IMG/VR virus record: IMGVR_UViG_3300035703_000055
Location: 15,094 to 79,093 of that record
DNA: 64,000 bases
Direction: 5' to 3' (one strand)
Origin: a virus
Positions within the stretch are counted from its first letter, which is position 1; the number at the start of each line of letters is the position of its first letter. Below the pieces are notes generated by a model. The model was not told the DNA's origin. It did not search any database and saw nothing but the letters and a program-made list of their open reading frames with translations. Below are positions 8,479 to 16,991 of the stretch, piece after piece. The position numbers were made by a program, and so were the translations under genes.

Positions 8479-8709
8479 TCATGCCTCCGTGTGACGTTCA
8501 ACCAGGGCTTCGGCGTCCTCAAAGTCTGCCGGGTTGCCCGTGAGCCGGAAGTCAGACAGCAGAGCGTCAACAGCTCGCGCCTTGGGGTGGTCCCGGTTCT
8601 CAATGAGCCAGGCGTGGATGATTTGAGTGCGCAGGTTGTCATGCAGACGGCACAGGTGGGCGTGCGCAACCCGCGCTGCAGACAGTCGGAAGTCGGCTGA
8701 GGTGATCAT
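8479..8709 (-). CDS. Hypothetical protein
   Basis: 76-aa coupled ORF. Confidence 0.55.
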   Translation of the reverse strand: MITSADFRLSAARVAHAHLCRLHDNLRTQIIHAWLIENRDHPKARAVDALLSDFRLTGNPADFEDAEALVERHTEA

Positions 8710-8951
8710 GCTGCGTACTCGATCAGTTCTTTGGCGTTGGCCAGGACCTTGCCGGCTTTGGCGCGGCGGCCGCCGGCGAGTAGGTGTCCAGCGTGAATGA
8801 CGCCACCGACGGCCGCGGCCCAGTACTCGTCGCGCTTACCGAGCGGCACAGCCAAAAGCTTGGCTTGGGCGGCCTCGATCTTCTTGGCCAGGCCGCCGCC
8901 ATCGGTGCGCTGGGAGATGGCGAAGCCGCCGTGTTGTTGGGTGGTTTGCAT
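8706..8951 (-). CDS. Hypothetical protein
   Basis: GAGGAG RBS; MQTTQQHGG... Confidence 0.55.
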   Translation of the reverse strand: MQTTQQHGGFAISQRTDGGGLAKKIEAAQAKLLAVPLGKRDEYWAAAVGGVIHAGHLLAGGRRAKAGKVLANAKELIEYAA

Positions 8952-8961
8952 GGTTTTCTCC

Positions 8962-9132
8962 TCAGCGGTGAGTGCAAACGCCGGCGTCAATCAGCGACAC
9001 AGCCAAGCGGCCGTATGCGCCCTGGAGCTTCCAGACCCAGCCCTTGTCGATGCCGTCCTGGATGAACTCGATGATCTGGTCATCGTCGAGGTCGCCGTTT
9101 TCAAAGGCGATGAGCTGGTCAATGTTGGGCAT
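8962..9132 (-). CDS. Conserved small phage protein (56 aa)
   Basis: MPNIDQLIAFENGDLDDDQIIEFIQDGIDKGWVWKLQGAYGR...; AAGGAG RBS. Confidence 0.7.
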   Translation of the reverse strand: MPNIDQLIAFENGDLDDDQIIEFIQDGIDKGWVWKLQGAYGRLAVSLIDAGVCTHR

Positions 9133-9141
9133 GTTGGCTCC

Positions 9142-9345
9142 TTAAGCGACCACGGGGGCCTGGGTGTTGATGTCGTAGACAGTGTGACCGTCGACCTTGC
9201 GGCCGGCGTCGATGAAGGCCTTGGCTGTGTCCAGCGTCAGGAAGGGCACGAACTGGGTGTAGGGCGTGACGTCGCCCAGGGGCACGTCAAAAACGCCGCT
9301 GCGGTGGCGGATGCCGATGTCTTTGTGATTTGAGTAGCCGACCAT
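9142..9345 (-). CDS. Hypothetical protein, first gene of leftward operon
   Basis: CAGGAG RBS; MVGYSNHKDIG... Confidence 0.6.
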   Translation of the reverse strand: MVGYSNHKDIGIRHRSGVFDVPLGDVTPYTQFVPFLTLDTAKAFIDAGRKVDGHTVYDINTQAPVVA

Positions 9346-9380
9346 GTGAACTCCTGTAAGTGATTGATTGCGATGAAGTA

Positions 9381-9409
9381 ATTGTTGCACAACAAAGAAA
9401 AAGTTGCAA
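9381..9409 (-). promoter_or_regulatory. Early leftward promoter
   Basis: TTGCAA-N17-AACAAT. Confidence 0.65.
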
Positions 9410-9501
9410 CGCATACCCACACAGAAACGTCGGGTATTTGTTGAGCAGTCAATGAAATCGCGAAGAAGTCGCTCGAGGTTTCCAACGTAAATGCCTGTCA
9501 C

Positions 9502-9542
9502 GTAACAAAAATGTTGTTACATGGCAAACATTTTGTTATACT
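9502..9542 (+). promoter_or_regulatory. Rightward promoter overlapped by operator-like palindromes
   Basis: TTGTTA-N17-TATACT; GTAACA-N7-TGTTAC and AACATTTTGTT. Confidence 0.6.
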
Positions 9543-9632
9543 CGCCCACATTGCGCAGACCCTCGAGTCTTCGCTCATAAGAACAACATGCCAGTGGCTT
9601 CCCCCTTTGAGGGCGAAGCCTTGCCAAATTTC

Positions 9633-9707
9633 AGCGGGTTAGCTCAGTAGCAGAGCAGCAGGTTCATACCCTGAAGTGCGGAGGTGCGAGTCCTTCACCC
9701 GCAACCA
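9633..9707 (+). tRNA. tRNA with CAT anticodon (Met/fMet-like, or Ile2)
   Basis: Cloverleaf AGCGGGT/ACCCGCA, GCTC/GAGC, CAGG-TTCATAC-CCTG, GGAGG-TGCGAGT-CCTTC; encoded CCA. Confidence 0.85.
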
Positions 9708-9720
9708 GCACCACTCGACC

Positions 9721-10497
9721 ATGATCAAACGATTCGGAATCAACAGGTCCGGTCGCGATTTCGTGGTCGGAGACATACACGGCCACTTCAGTCTGCTAAC
9801 AAAAGCATTAGCTGAGATCGGTTTTGACGAGAAGGTGGACCGGCTTTTCAGCGTCGGCGACCTGGTCGACCGCGGCCCCGAGTCGGAAGACGTCACAGAG
9901 TGGCTCGCTCGCCCCTGGTTCCACGCAGTGCGCGGCAACCACGAGCAGATGGCCATTGACGCCCGTGTGGGCTACTTCAACGCCAGGGACTACCTCATGA
10001 ACGGTGGAGCCTGGTTCATGTCCCTGCCAAGGGAGTACCAGCGCTTCTACACGGACGCCTTCGAGGCGATGCCGATCCTGATCGAAATTGAGGTGCAGCA
10101 CCCAACCTGGCCGGATTCGCAGCTCGTTGGCCTGGTTCACGCCGGATGCCCAATGGACAGTTGGACCGAGCTCAAGGAAGAGCTAGTCAAGCAAAGCCAG
10201 ATCACTGGCAGCCTGGGCAACTACGTTGAGAGCAACTGCCTCTGGTCTCGCACCCGCGTCATGGCGGGCGACCCAAAGGCTGTGGCTGGAATTCACAAGG
10301 TGATTTCTGGGCACACCCCAACCAAACAACCGATCGAGCTGGGCAACAGCTTGTTCATCGACACCGCCGGCTGGATTCCCAATGCGGAGACAGCGGCATT
10401 CACCTTCGTGGAGTTGCCTTCATGGCTTATCCACTCCGTTTCAACAAGTGCAGGGCGGCAGCCCGCAGGAAGTAACGAGCATGCCGCCACCAGATAG
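9721..10497 (+). CDS. Metallophosphoesterase (NinI/PPP-type phosphatase)
   Basis: GDIHG, GDLVDRG, RGNHE, GHTP, IDT motifs. Confidence 0.9.
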   Translation: MIKRFGINRSGRDFVVGDIHGHFSLLTKALAEIGFDEKVDRLFSVGDLVDRGPESEDVTEWLARPWFHAVRGNHEQMAIDARVGYFNARDYLMNGGAWFMSLPREYQRFYTDAFEAMPILIEIEVQHPTWPDSQLVGLVHAGCPMDSWTELKEELVKQSQITGSLGNYVESNCLWSRTRVMAGDPKAVAGIHKVISGHTPTKQPIELGNSLFIDTAGWIPNAETAAFTFVELPSWLIHSVSTSAGRQPAGSNEHAATR

Positions 10498-10849
10498 CGC
10501 AGACATCGCTGTAGCGATTGCAAAAATGGAAGCCATCTCTGGCGACTTGGCTGAGGTGAAAGCCACCATGCGAGAGCTCGCCAATGCCGTGTCAAGGTTG
10601 GCCGTGATTGAAGAGCGCCAGAACGGGACCAATGAGTCCCTGGGTCGCGCCTTCGCAGAGATCACCAGGCTGACTGGCCGCGTCGTCTCCCTCGAGCAGT
10701 CGCAACCAATCCAGAAGCAGTCCAGCGACCTTGTCCAGGCTGCCGTCAAATACATCGTGGCCGCCGTACTGGGCGCAATCCTCGCAGGCTTCCTGCGCGT
10801 GCCCCCAGCAATGCCAACCGGAACACCGCCAGCTTTGACTGGCAAGTAA
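10481..10849 (+). CDS. Coiled-coil protein with C-terminal TM helix
   Basis: Heptad pattern followed by YIVAAVLGAILAGFL. Confidence 0.7.
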   Translation: MPPPDSADIAVAIAKMEAISGDLAEVKATMRELANAVSRLAVIEERQNGTNESLGRAFAEITRLTGRVVSLEQSQPIQKQSSDLVQAAVKYIVAAVLGAILAGFLRVPPAMPTGTPPALTGK

Positions 10850-10852
10850 GAC

Positions 10853-10975
10853 ATGAACGATCAGAACAACCAAACCCAGGAACCGCAAGGTCTCGACCTC
10901 GAGTCGGACGCGCCACTGGGTCAACCCGCTTGCCCGCTGAACCCCGAAGACGGGGAGTGCGAAGCCTGCCAGTGA
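10853..10975 (+). CDS. 40-aa acidic peptide ending ACPLNPEDGECEACQ
   Basis: Hand translation; exactly fills the gap between its neighbours. Confidence 0.65.
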   Translation: MNDQNNQTQEPQGLDLESDAPLGQPACPLNPEDGECEACQ

Positions 10976-10983
10976 GGTAGGCC

Positions 10984-11484
10984 ATGACCGAGGCAGGGAA
11001 GAAACACGTTGACTGGGAGCTGGTAGAGAAAGACTTCCGCGCCGGCATCAAGACCGTGCGCCAGATCGCAGAAGAGCGTGGGGTTTCCCACACAGCGATC
11101 CTGAAGCGCGCAAGGCGTGACGGTTGGGAGCGAACAAAGCGAGCTGTGCCAGCTACTGAAGACAGGTCTGTTGCGGTTTCCGAGGTCGGTCCAAACATCA
11201 ACTACGGCAATGTGCCCGGCTTCGTGTATGTGATCTTCGTGTACACCGGCTCGGAGTTCTTTTACAAGATCGGCCAGGCCAGCAACGTCGACGCGAGACT
11301 GAAGAGTCACCAGACCTCCAGCCCGTTCGAAGTCCGCATCGCTCTCGCATACTTCGTTGACAACATGCGCAGGGAGGAATCAACCCTCCACGCAATGTTC
11401 GCCGACAAGCGCATCCGTGGCGAGTGGTTTCAATTGGAGCGCGAAGACCTCGAGCTCATTGCCAAGAGGAGTCTGTTGGCATGA
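10984..11484 (+). CDS. TerS-type HTH fused to GIY-YIG (T5orf172/MUG113-like) nuclease domain
   Basis: DWELVEKDFRAG...KRARRDGWER plus GFVYVI..YKIG..RL..HQTSSP..LH..F..KRIRGEWF. Confidence 0.8.
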   Translation: MTEAGKKHVDWELVEKDFRAGIKTVRQIAEERGVSHTAILKRARRDGWERTKRAVPATEDRSVAVSEVGPNINYGNVPGFVYVIFVYTGSEFFYKIGQASNVDARLKSHQTSSPFEVRIALAYFVDNMRREESTLHAMFADKRIRGEWFQLEREDLELIAKRSLLA

Positions 11485-12113
11485 GTGAAGAAAAGATTGT
11501 CGACTGGGTCGCTGTAGAGAAGCACTACAGAGCCGGCCTGAAGTCCCTGCGTACCATCGCAGAGGACAGCGGTATCACCGAAGGTGCCATCCGCAAGCGC
11601 GCAAAGCGTGACGGCTGGACGCGGAATCTTGAAGAAAAGATTCAGCAGAAAGCAAAAGAAAAGGTACGCAACGCAGCGGTACGCAACGACAGTACGCAGC
11701 TGACACCGAAGTCAGAGCGTGAGACTGTTGATAAGTATTCCGACATCGTCGCGCATGTGGATGAGATCCAGCGCGAAGACGTCAAGCTGGCCGTAGATGT
11801 CAGCCGCAGCCAGCTCAAAGAGCTCGCCGCCCTGGGTGATCCCAAGTTCCACGAAGTGCTCGAGGCAATCGCTGAGGCATTCGACGAGTCAGGTCCAACC
11901 GCAAACGGTGGCTGGAAGACTGACAAGGTCAACGAGCTGTACCGCTACATCATTTCCCTGGCTGGCCGGGTAAAGATGTCCAAAGAGATCGCGGGCAGCC
12001 ACGGTGTTTACATCCCGCTGCAGCGCAAGATCTTCGGCCTTGACCAGGAGAAGCAGTCGACCAGCGAGATCGACATGCTGCTCAAGCGCATCAATGAGGC
12101 TGGCGAGCTGTGA
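11481..12113 (+). CDS. terS: Terminase small subunit
   Basis: DWVAVEKHYRAG..IRKRAKRDGWTR HTH; directly upstream of TerL. Confidence 0.8.
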   Translation: MSEEKIVDWVAVEKHYRAGLKSLRTIAEDSGITEGAIRKRAKRDGWTRNLEEKIQQKAKEKVRNAAVRNDSTQLTPKSERETVDKYSDIVAHVDEIQREDVKLAVDVSRSQLKELAALGDPKFHEVLEAIAEAFDESGPTANGGWKTDKVNELYRYIISLAGRVKMSKEIAGSHGVYIPLQRKIFGLDQEKQSTSEIDMLLKRINEAGEL

Positions 12114-13645
12114 GCGCGCTGTCCGAACAAGAGCGCGAGCAGGCGATCCGCCTGGTCCGCAACAACCTGCTGGTCCATGCTGCGCACTGCGCAAAGATCA
12201 AGGACAAGCAAGGCAAGGTCACGCCGTTCATCTTGAACCGTGCCCAGCGCTATGTGCATGAGCGCCTTGAAGAGCAAAAGCGCGAGACTGGAATGGTCCG
12301 GGCTCTGGTGCTCAAAGGGCGCCAACAGGGCATCTCGACCTACATCGGCGAGCGCTACTACCACCAGGTCTCGACGCAAGGCAAGAGCGCCTTCATCGTG
12401 GCCCACGAAGACAAGGCCACCTCGAACCTGTTCGAGATGGTCAAGCGCTACCAGGACCACAACCCGCTGGCACCAAGCACCAAGGCTTCGAACGCCAAGG
12501 AGCTGCTGTTCGGCGCGATTGATGCGGGCTACAAGCTTGCAACCGCAGGCACTGACGACGTCGGCCGCGGTAACACTGGCCAGCTGATCCACGGCTCTGA
12601 GTTCGCCTTCTGGCGCAATCCTCAGATGCACTTGGCCGGCTTGGGTAACACAGTGGCCGACATGCCTGGCTCTGAGATCATTCTCGAGTCCACCGGCAAC
12701 GGCCAGGGCAATGCCTTCCACTTGATGTGGCAAGAGGCAGAGGCCGGCAACAACGGCTTCATCGCCATCTTTGTGCCGTGGTTCTGGCAAGAGGAATACC
12801 GGCTTCCGGTGCGTGACAAGTTTGAGCTGTCACCGGACGACGAAAAATACATGCGGGCTTACGAGCTCGACATGGAGCAGATGCAGTGGCGGGCGAACAA
12901 AATCGCTCAATACGGCAAGGGCTTTGAGTGGCTGTTTGACCAGGAATACCCGGCAACCGCCAGCTTGGCCTTCCAGAGCTCGACACTGAACCCGCTGATC
13001 AGCCCATCCGATGTGATGGCCGCTGTGAACAGCAAGTACTTTGACCAGGTGGGTCCGCTGATCATCGGCGTCGACCCTGCTGGTGATGGTGCCAACGACC
13101 CTGACCGCACGGCCTTTGTGTTCCGACGTGGTCGCGTGATCCCTAGAGTCGAGTATCACAAGAGCAAGACCACGATGCAGATCGTCGGCATGCTCGTTGA
13201 GATCTGGAACACCGAGCGGCCTGACGCGATCATCATCGACAAGGGCGGCCTGGGAGCTGGTGTTGTTGACCGCCTGCAGGAGATGAATGTCCCTGTCATC
13301 GGCATCAACAGCGCCGAGCGTGACATGGACTCCGACACCTACGAAAACATCCGCGCCGGCATGTGGTGGCGGATGAAAGAGTGGTTCGAGAACAGCCCCG
13401 TGCGCATGCCCAACGATGCCGCTCTGATCAGCGACATCACAGCGCCACAGCCAGACGAGCACTCGACGGGCCGAAAGCTTCTCGAGTCAAAGAAAAAGAT
13501 GGCCAAGCGCGGCATTCGATCGCCTGACGGTGGTGATGCGCTGGCTCTGACCTTCTCTGTGCCTGTTGCCAAGCGCGCGGATGCCATTGGTGGCTTCCAG
13601 ATGATGGGCACACAAGGCAACGCGCCAACAAGCGCCGGATATTGA
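12110..13645 (+). CDS. terL: Terminase large subunit
   Basis: LKGRQQGIST Walker A, HGSEFAFW, ILESTGNG, IGVDPA and SPDGGDALALTF nuclease motifs. Confidence 0.95.
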   Translation: MSALSEQEREQAIRLVRNNLLVHAAHCAKIKDKQGKVTPFILNRAQRYVHERLEEQKRETGMVRALVLKGRQQGISTYIGERYYHQVSTQGKSAFIVAHEDKATSNLFEMVKRYQDHNPLAPSTKASNAKELLFGAIDAGYKLATAGTDDVGRGNTGQLIHGSEFAFWRNPQMHLAGLGNTVADMPGSEIILESTGNGQGNAFHLMWQEAEAGNNGFIAIFVPWFWQEEYRLPVRDKFELSPDDEKYMRAYELDMEQMQWRANKIAQYGKGFEWLFDQEYPATASLAFQSSTLNPLISPSDVMAAVNSKYFDQVGPLIIGVDPAGDGANDPDRTAFVFRRGRVIPRVEYHKSKTTMQIVGMLVEIWNTERPDAIIIDKGGLGAGVVDRLQEMNVPVIGINSAERDMDSDTYENIRAGMWWRMKEWFENSPVRMPNDAALISDITAPQPDEHSTGRKLLESKKKMAKRGIRSPDGGDALALTFSVPVAKRADAIGGFQMMGTQGNAPTSAGY

Positions 13646-13661
13646 CGAGGGAAGCAAAGAA

Positions 13662-14036
13662 ATGAGCAAGAGCACCAAGCCAGTCTGGGACAAAGCCCGA
13701 CCCAAAGATCTGGGTGACTCCAAGCCATTGACGCCCGCACAGAAGTCCAGCGCGAAGGAGTCCGCCGCAAAGGCTGGTCGACCTTATCCCAATCTGATTG
13801 ACAACATGAAGGCCGCACGCCGCGGAAGCCAAATGAACGACACCGAATACGAAGACGCCTGGAAAGAGGGCGAAGAGGGCGGCAAAGAAGCCGCTCCAGC
13901 CACTGAGGCTGTCAAGGCCGCCAAAAAGGCCGCTGACGAGTCCGAGCAGGGCGAGTTCATCAAGGCCTACGCCGAGATCGAAGACGCCGAGAAGAAGGAC
14001 GAAAAGAAGCCCGGCGACAAGGATGAGTCCAAATGA
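13662..14036 (+). CDS. Two-part small protein (basic N-terminal, acidic C-terminal)
   Basis: AGRPYPNLIDNM module followed by MNDTEYEDAWKE; internal ATG at 13833. Confidence 0.7.
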   Translation: MSKSTKPVWDKARPKDLGDSKPLTPAQKSSAKESAAKAGRPYPNLIDNMKAARRGSQMNDTEYEDAWKEGEEGGKEAAPATEAVKAAKKAADESEQGEFIKAYAEIEDAEKKDEKKPGDKDESK

Positions 14037-14398
14037 AGAACGCCGGCGAATTCGTTCTGACCTTGCTCAACGCCCGCACAGCTGCGCACATCGCGCACCT
14101 GAGCGTGTCCGGTGTTGGCAGTGATGCTGCGCACCGCGCCCTGGCCGCCTTCTACGACGGCATCCCTGACCTGGCCGACCGCTTTGCCGAGTCCTACATG
14201 GGCTGCTATGGCGAGCTGATCAAGTTCACCGGCTCCAGCTTCAAGCTGGAAAAAGACCCGATCAAGATGCTTGAGAGCCTGAAGTCCGTCATCGAGACCG
14301 CTCGCAGCGAGTGCGACAAGCCCTACCTGCAGCAGATCATCGACGACATGCTCGAGCTGGTCTCCAGCACGAACTACAAGTTGAAATTCCTGAAATGA
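14033..14398 (+). CDS. Ferritin/Dps-like four-helix protein (DUF5856-like)
   Basis: AHIAHL..AAHRALAAFYD..LADRFAESYMG..YKLKFL. Confidence 0.7.
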   Translation: MKNAGEFVLTLLNARTAAHIAHLSVSGVGSDAAHRALAAFYDGIPDLADRFAESYMGCYGELIKFTGSSFKLEKDPIKMLESLKSVIETARSECDKPYLQQIIDDMLELVSSTNYKLKFLK

Positions 14399-16677
14399 AC
14401 CAAGACAACCTCGAGTACGAGTTGGCCGCTGCTGAGCAGTTGGCTCAGCCAGACAGCCACGCTCCGTCTCAGGTTGATGCCCTTGGTGCGACCTTGCTGG
14501 CCGAGTTCGCACAGGCCGAGCTGGATCGCCGCCAGACCGAAGAGCGCTGGCTCAAGGACCTGCGCCAGTACAAGGGCCAGTATGACCCTGAAGTCCTGGC
14601 CAAGATCGGCCCCAACCGCTCCAAAGCATTCGTGCGCAAGACCCGGGTCAAGATCAAGACGATCGACTCGCGTGTGGCCGATCTGCTTTTCCCTGCCGGC
14701 TCAGAGAAAAACTGGGAGATCGACAGCACTCCCAAGCCTTCCATCTCGCCTGAGCAAAAGCAGCTGATCACCAAGCAGATCCTGCAGAGTGTCGCCGCCC
14801 AGGCTCAGCAAGCAGGCCAGCCAGCACCCACACGAGTGCCTGACGAGGTCGTCGAGCAAGCCGTCATCAAAGTGGCCAAAGAGTCCGCCAAGCGGATGTC
14901 CAAGGTCATTGAAGACCAGCTGGTCGAGGCTCGCTACAAGCAGGTCGCACTGCAAGCCATTCACTCTGGCCACCTGTACGGCACCGGCGTGATGAAGGGC
15001 CCGCTCGTTGAGCGCAAGGTCCGCACACGCTTTGTGCAAGAGGGCAACAACTGGGTAGCCAAGAGCGAGACCTACGTGGTCCCGTTCGTGGACTTCGTGC
15101 CTCTGTGGCGCTTCTACCCCGACATGTCGGCCAGCGAGCTCGATCAGTGCCGCTACGCCTACGAGCGCCACCAGATGACCAAGGCTGACCTGGTCGACCT
15201 GAGCCAGCGCAAGAGCTTCAACAAGACCCGCATCGTCGCTTACATCAAGGCCAACCCGGCCGGTGAAGTGAAGCTGCGCTACTTCGACAACGAACTGCGA
15301 GTCATTGGTGAGCGCAACGCCACCCAGGGCAACAAAGCCGGCACTTACGAGGTGCTCGAGCGTTGGGGCTGGCTGGATGGCGCTCAGCTCAAAGAGGCTG
15401 GCGTCGCCATCTCTGAAGACCGCATCCACGAGACTTTCTTCTCGAACGTCTGGCTGTTGCCAAACGGCGAGATCATCAAGGCCGTGCTGCAGCCAATCAA
15501 TGGCGTGACCTGGCCGTACCACCTGTACCACTTCGACAAGGACGAGACATCGATCTTTGCCGAGGGCATCGCCTCGATCATGCGCGATGACCAGACCATG
15601 ATCAATGCGTCGACCCGCATGATGCTGGACAACGCTGGCATCACCGCTGGCCCTCAGCTCGAGGTCAACCCCTCGCTGCTGGCCAGTCTGGACAAGGTCG
15701 AAGAGCACTTCCCCTGGAAGATCTGGCTGCGCAACAACTCCAATCCAGGCGCTGCAGCCGTTCGCGTGCTCGAGATGCCCAATGGCTTGGCCACACTGTC
15801 CAGCATGGCCGATCGCTTCGAGAACAACGCTGACGAGACCACGGCCATTCCCCGCTACATGACGGGCGAAAACGTGGGCTCAGGCGCTGCCGGCACCGCT
15901 TCTGGCATGTCCATGCTGATGGGCGCGGCCAACATCGTGATCAAGGACCTGATCACCAACTACGACGAGGGCGTCACACGTCCCTTCTTGCAGGCCCTGT
16001 ACCGCTGGAACATGCAGTTCCACAAGGAATCCGCCATCAAGGGTGACTTCGACGTCAAGGCCCGCGGCGCTGCCAGCCTGGTGCAAAAGGAAGTCCGAGC
16101 CGCTCAGCTCAACGAGTTTGCGGCCATGACATCCAACCCAATGGACGCCCCATACATCAAGCGCGACGCATTGCTGCGCCAGCGTGCCGAGGCTCACGAG
16201 CTGTCCGACGTCGTCAAGACCGAGGAAGAGGTGATGGCCGAGCAAAACAACGAGATGGCGATGATGCAGCAGAAGGCCGCGATGGCTCAGCAACAGCTGA
16301 TCATGGCCGAGCTCGAGAAGAAAGTCGCATTGCTGTCTGCCCAGGCCGCCAAGGCCATGGCCGAGGTCGAGCTGATCGCCGCCAAAGCTGTCAGCACCAA
16401 GGTCGAGGCTGTCTACGCCGCCCTGCAAGCCGGCGGCACCGCCACATCGACGCCGCTCATCGCGCCAGCTGGTGACGAGATCTTGCGCTCGAGTGGATGG
16501 CAAGACGCCACGCCTGATCCGACGATTGCCCAGCTGGGTGGACCACCCGTTCAGCCCGATGGCCAGATGGTTCAGCCGCCCATGGCACCAGCTCAGCCTG
16601 ATGTGCCCAACGTCGAGGCACCGACCGGCATGCAAGGTCGCCGCGAAGGCATCGAGACGCCGGCGATTGACGCATGA
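14395..16677 (+). CDS. Portal protein
   Basis: 760 aa after the terminase; YGTGVMKGP, FYPD, TASGMSMLM podovirus portal motifs. Confidence 0.9.
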   Translation: MNQDNLEYELAAAEQLAQPDSHAPSQVDALGATLLAEFAQAELDRRQTEERWLKDLRQYKGQYDPEVLAKIGPNRSKAFVRKTRVKIKTIDSRVADLLFPAGSEKNWEIDSTPKPSISPEQKQLITKQILQSVAAQAQQAGQPAPTRVPDEVVEQAVIKVAKESAKRMSKVIEDQLVEARYKQVALQAIHSGHLYGTGVMKGPLVERKVRTRFVQEGNNWVAKSETYVVPFVDFVPLWRFYPDMSASELDQCRYAYERHQMTKADLVDLSQRKSFNKTRIVAYIKANPAGEVKLRYFDNELRVIGERNATQGNKAGTYEVLERWGWLDGAQLKEAGVAISEDRIHETFFSNVWLLPNGEIIKAVLQPINGVTWPYHLYHFDKDETSIFAEGIASIMRDDQTMINASTRMMLDNAGITAGPQLEVNPSLLASLDKVEEHFPWKIWLRNNSNPGAAAVRVLEMPNGLATLSSMADRFENNADETTAIPRYMTGENVGSGAAGTASGMSMLMGAANIVIKDLITNYDEGVTRPFLQALYRWNMQFHKESAIKGDFDVKARGAASLVQKEVRAAQLNEFAAMTSNPMDAPYIKRDALLRQRAEAHELSDVVKTEEEVMAEQNNEMAMMQQKAAMAQQQLIMAELEKKVALLSAQAAKAMAEVELIAAKAVSTKVEAVYAALQAGGTATSTPLIAPAGDEILRSSGWQDATPDPTIAQLGGPPVQPDGQMVQPPMAPAQPDVPNVEAPTGMQGRREGIETPAIDA

Positions 16678-16913
16678 GCGATTCGATGACCCAGATGCGG
16701 GCCTTGGCCGACACCTCGGTCATCGTCCAGGAATACGCCGGATCTGACGCCATCAGGCATGTGGAGAACATGCTCGAGGCGCTCGAAGAGGTCTACAAGG
16801 CCGAGCTCGCAGAAGTGACCGCAGAACAGCTGGTCGCCCTGCAAAGCAAGCTCAAGCAGACCGCACTGATCCGCAAGGTACTGCGCAAGGAAGCGCAGCT
16901 GCCGAAACTTTGA
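16674..16913 (+). CDS. Small head-associated protein
   Basis: Between portal and scaffold; ATGA overlap. Confidence 0.65.
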   Translation: MSDSMTQMRALADTSVIVQEYAGSDAIRHVENMLEALEEVYKAELAEVTAEQLVALQSKLKQTALIRKVLRKEAQLPKL

Positions 16914-16991
16914 ATCTTCAGCCCCTGCGCAAGCAGGACAGTATGAAGCCGGGCGACCGGCTTTTTTGGAAGCCGATCGAAAGGAAACTCA

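Noticed and set aside
9676-9720. Upstream extension of the phosphatase ORF
   Set aside because: Overlaps the tRNA; ATG 9721 fits the family N-terminus
14311-14394. Longer portal start
   Set aside because: Overlaps the ferritin-like gene; ATG 14395 gives a standard ATGA coupling
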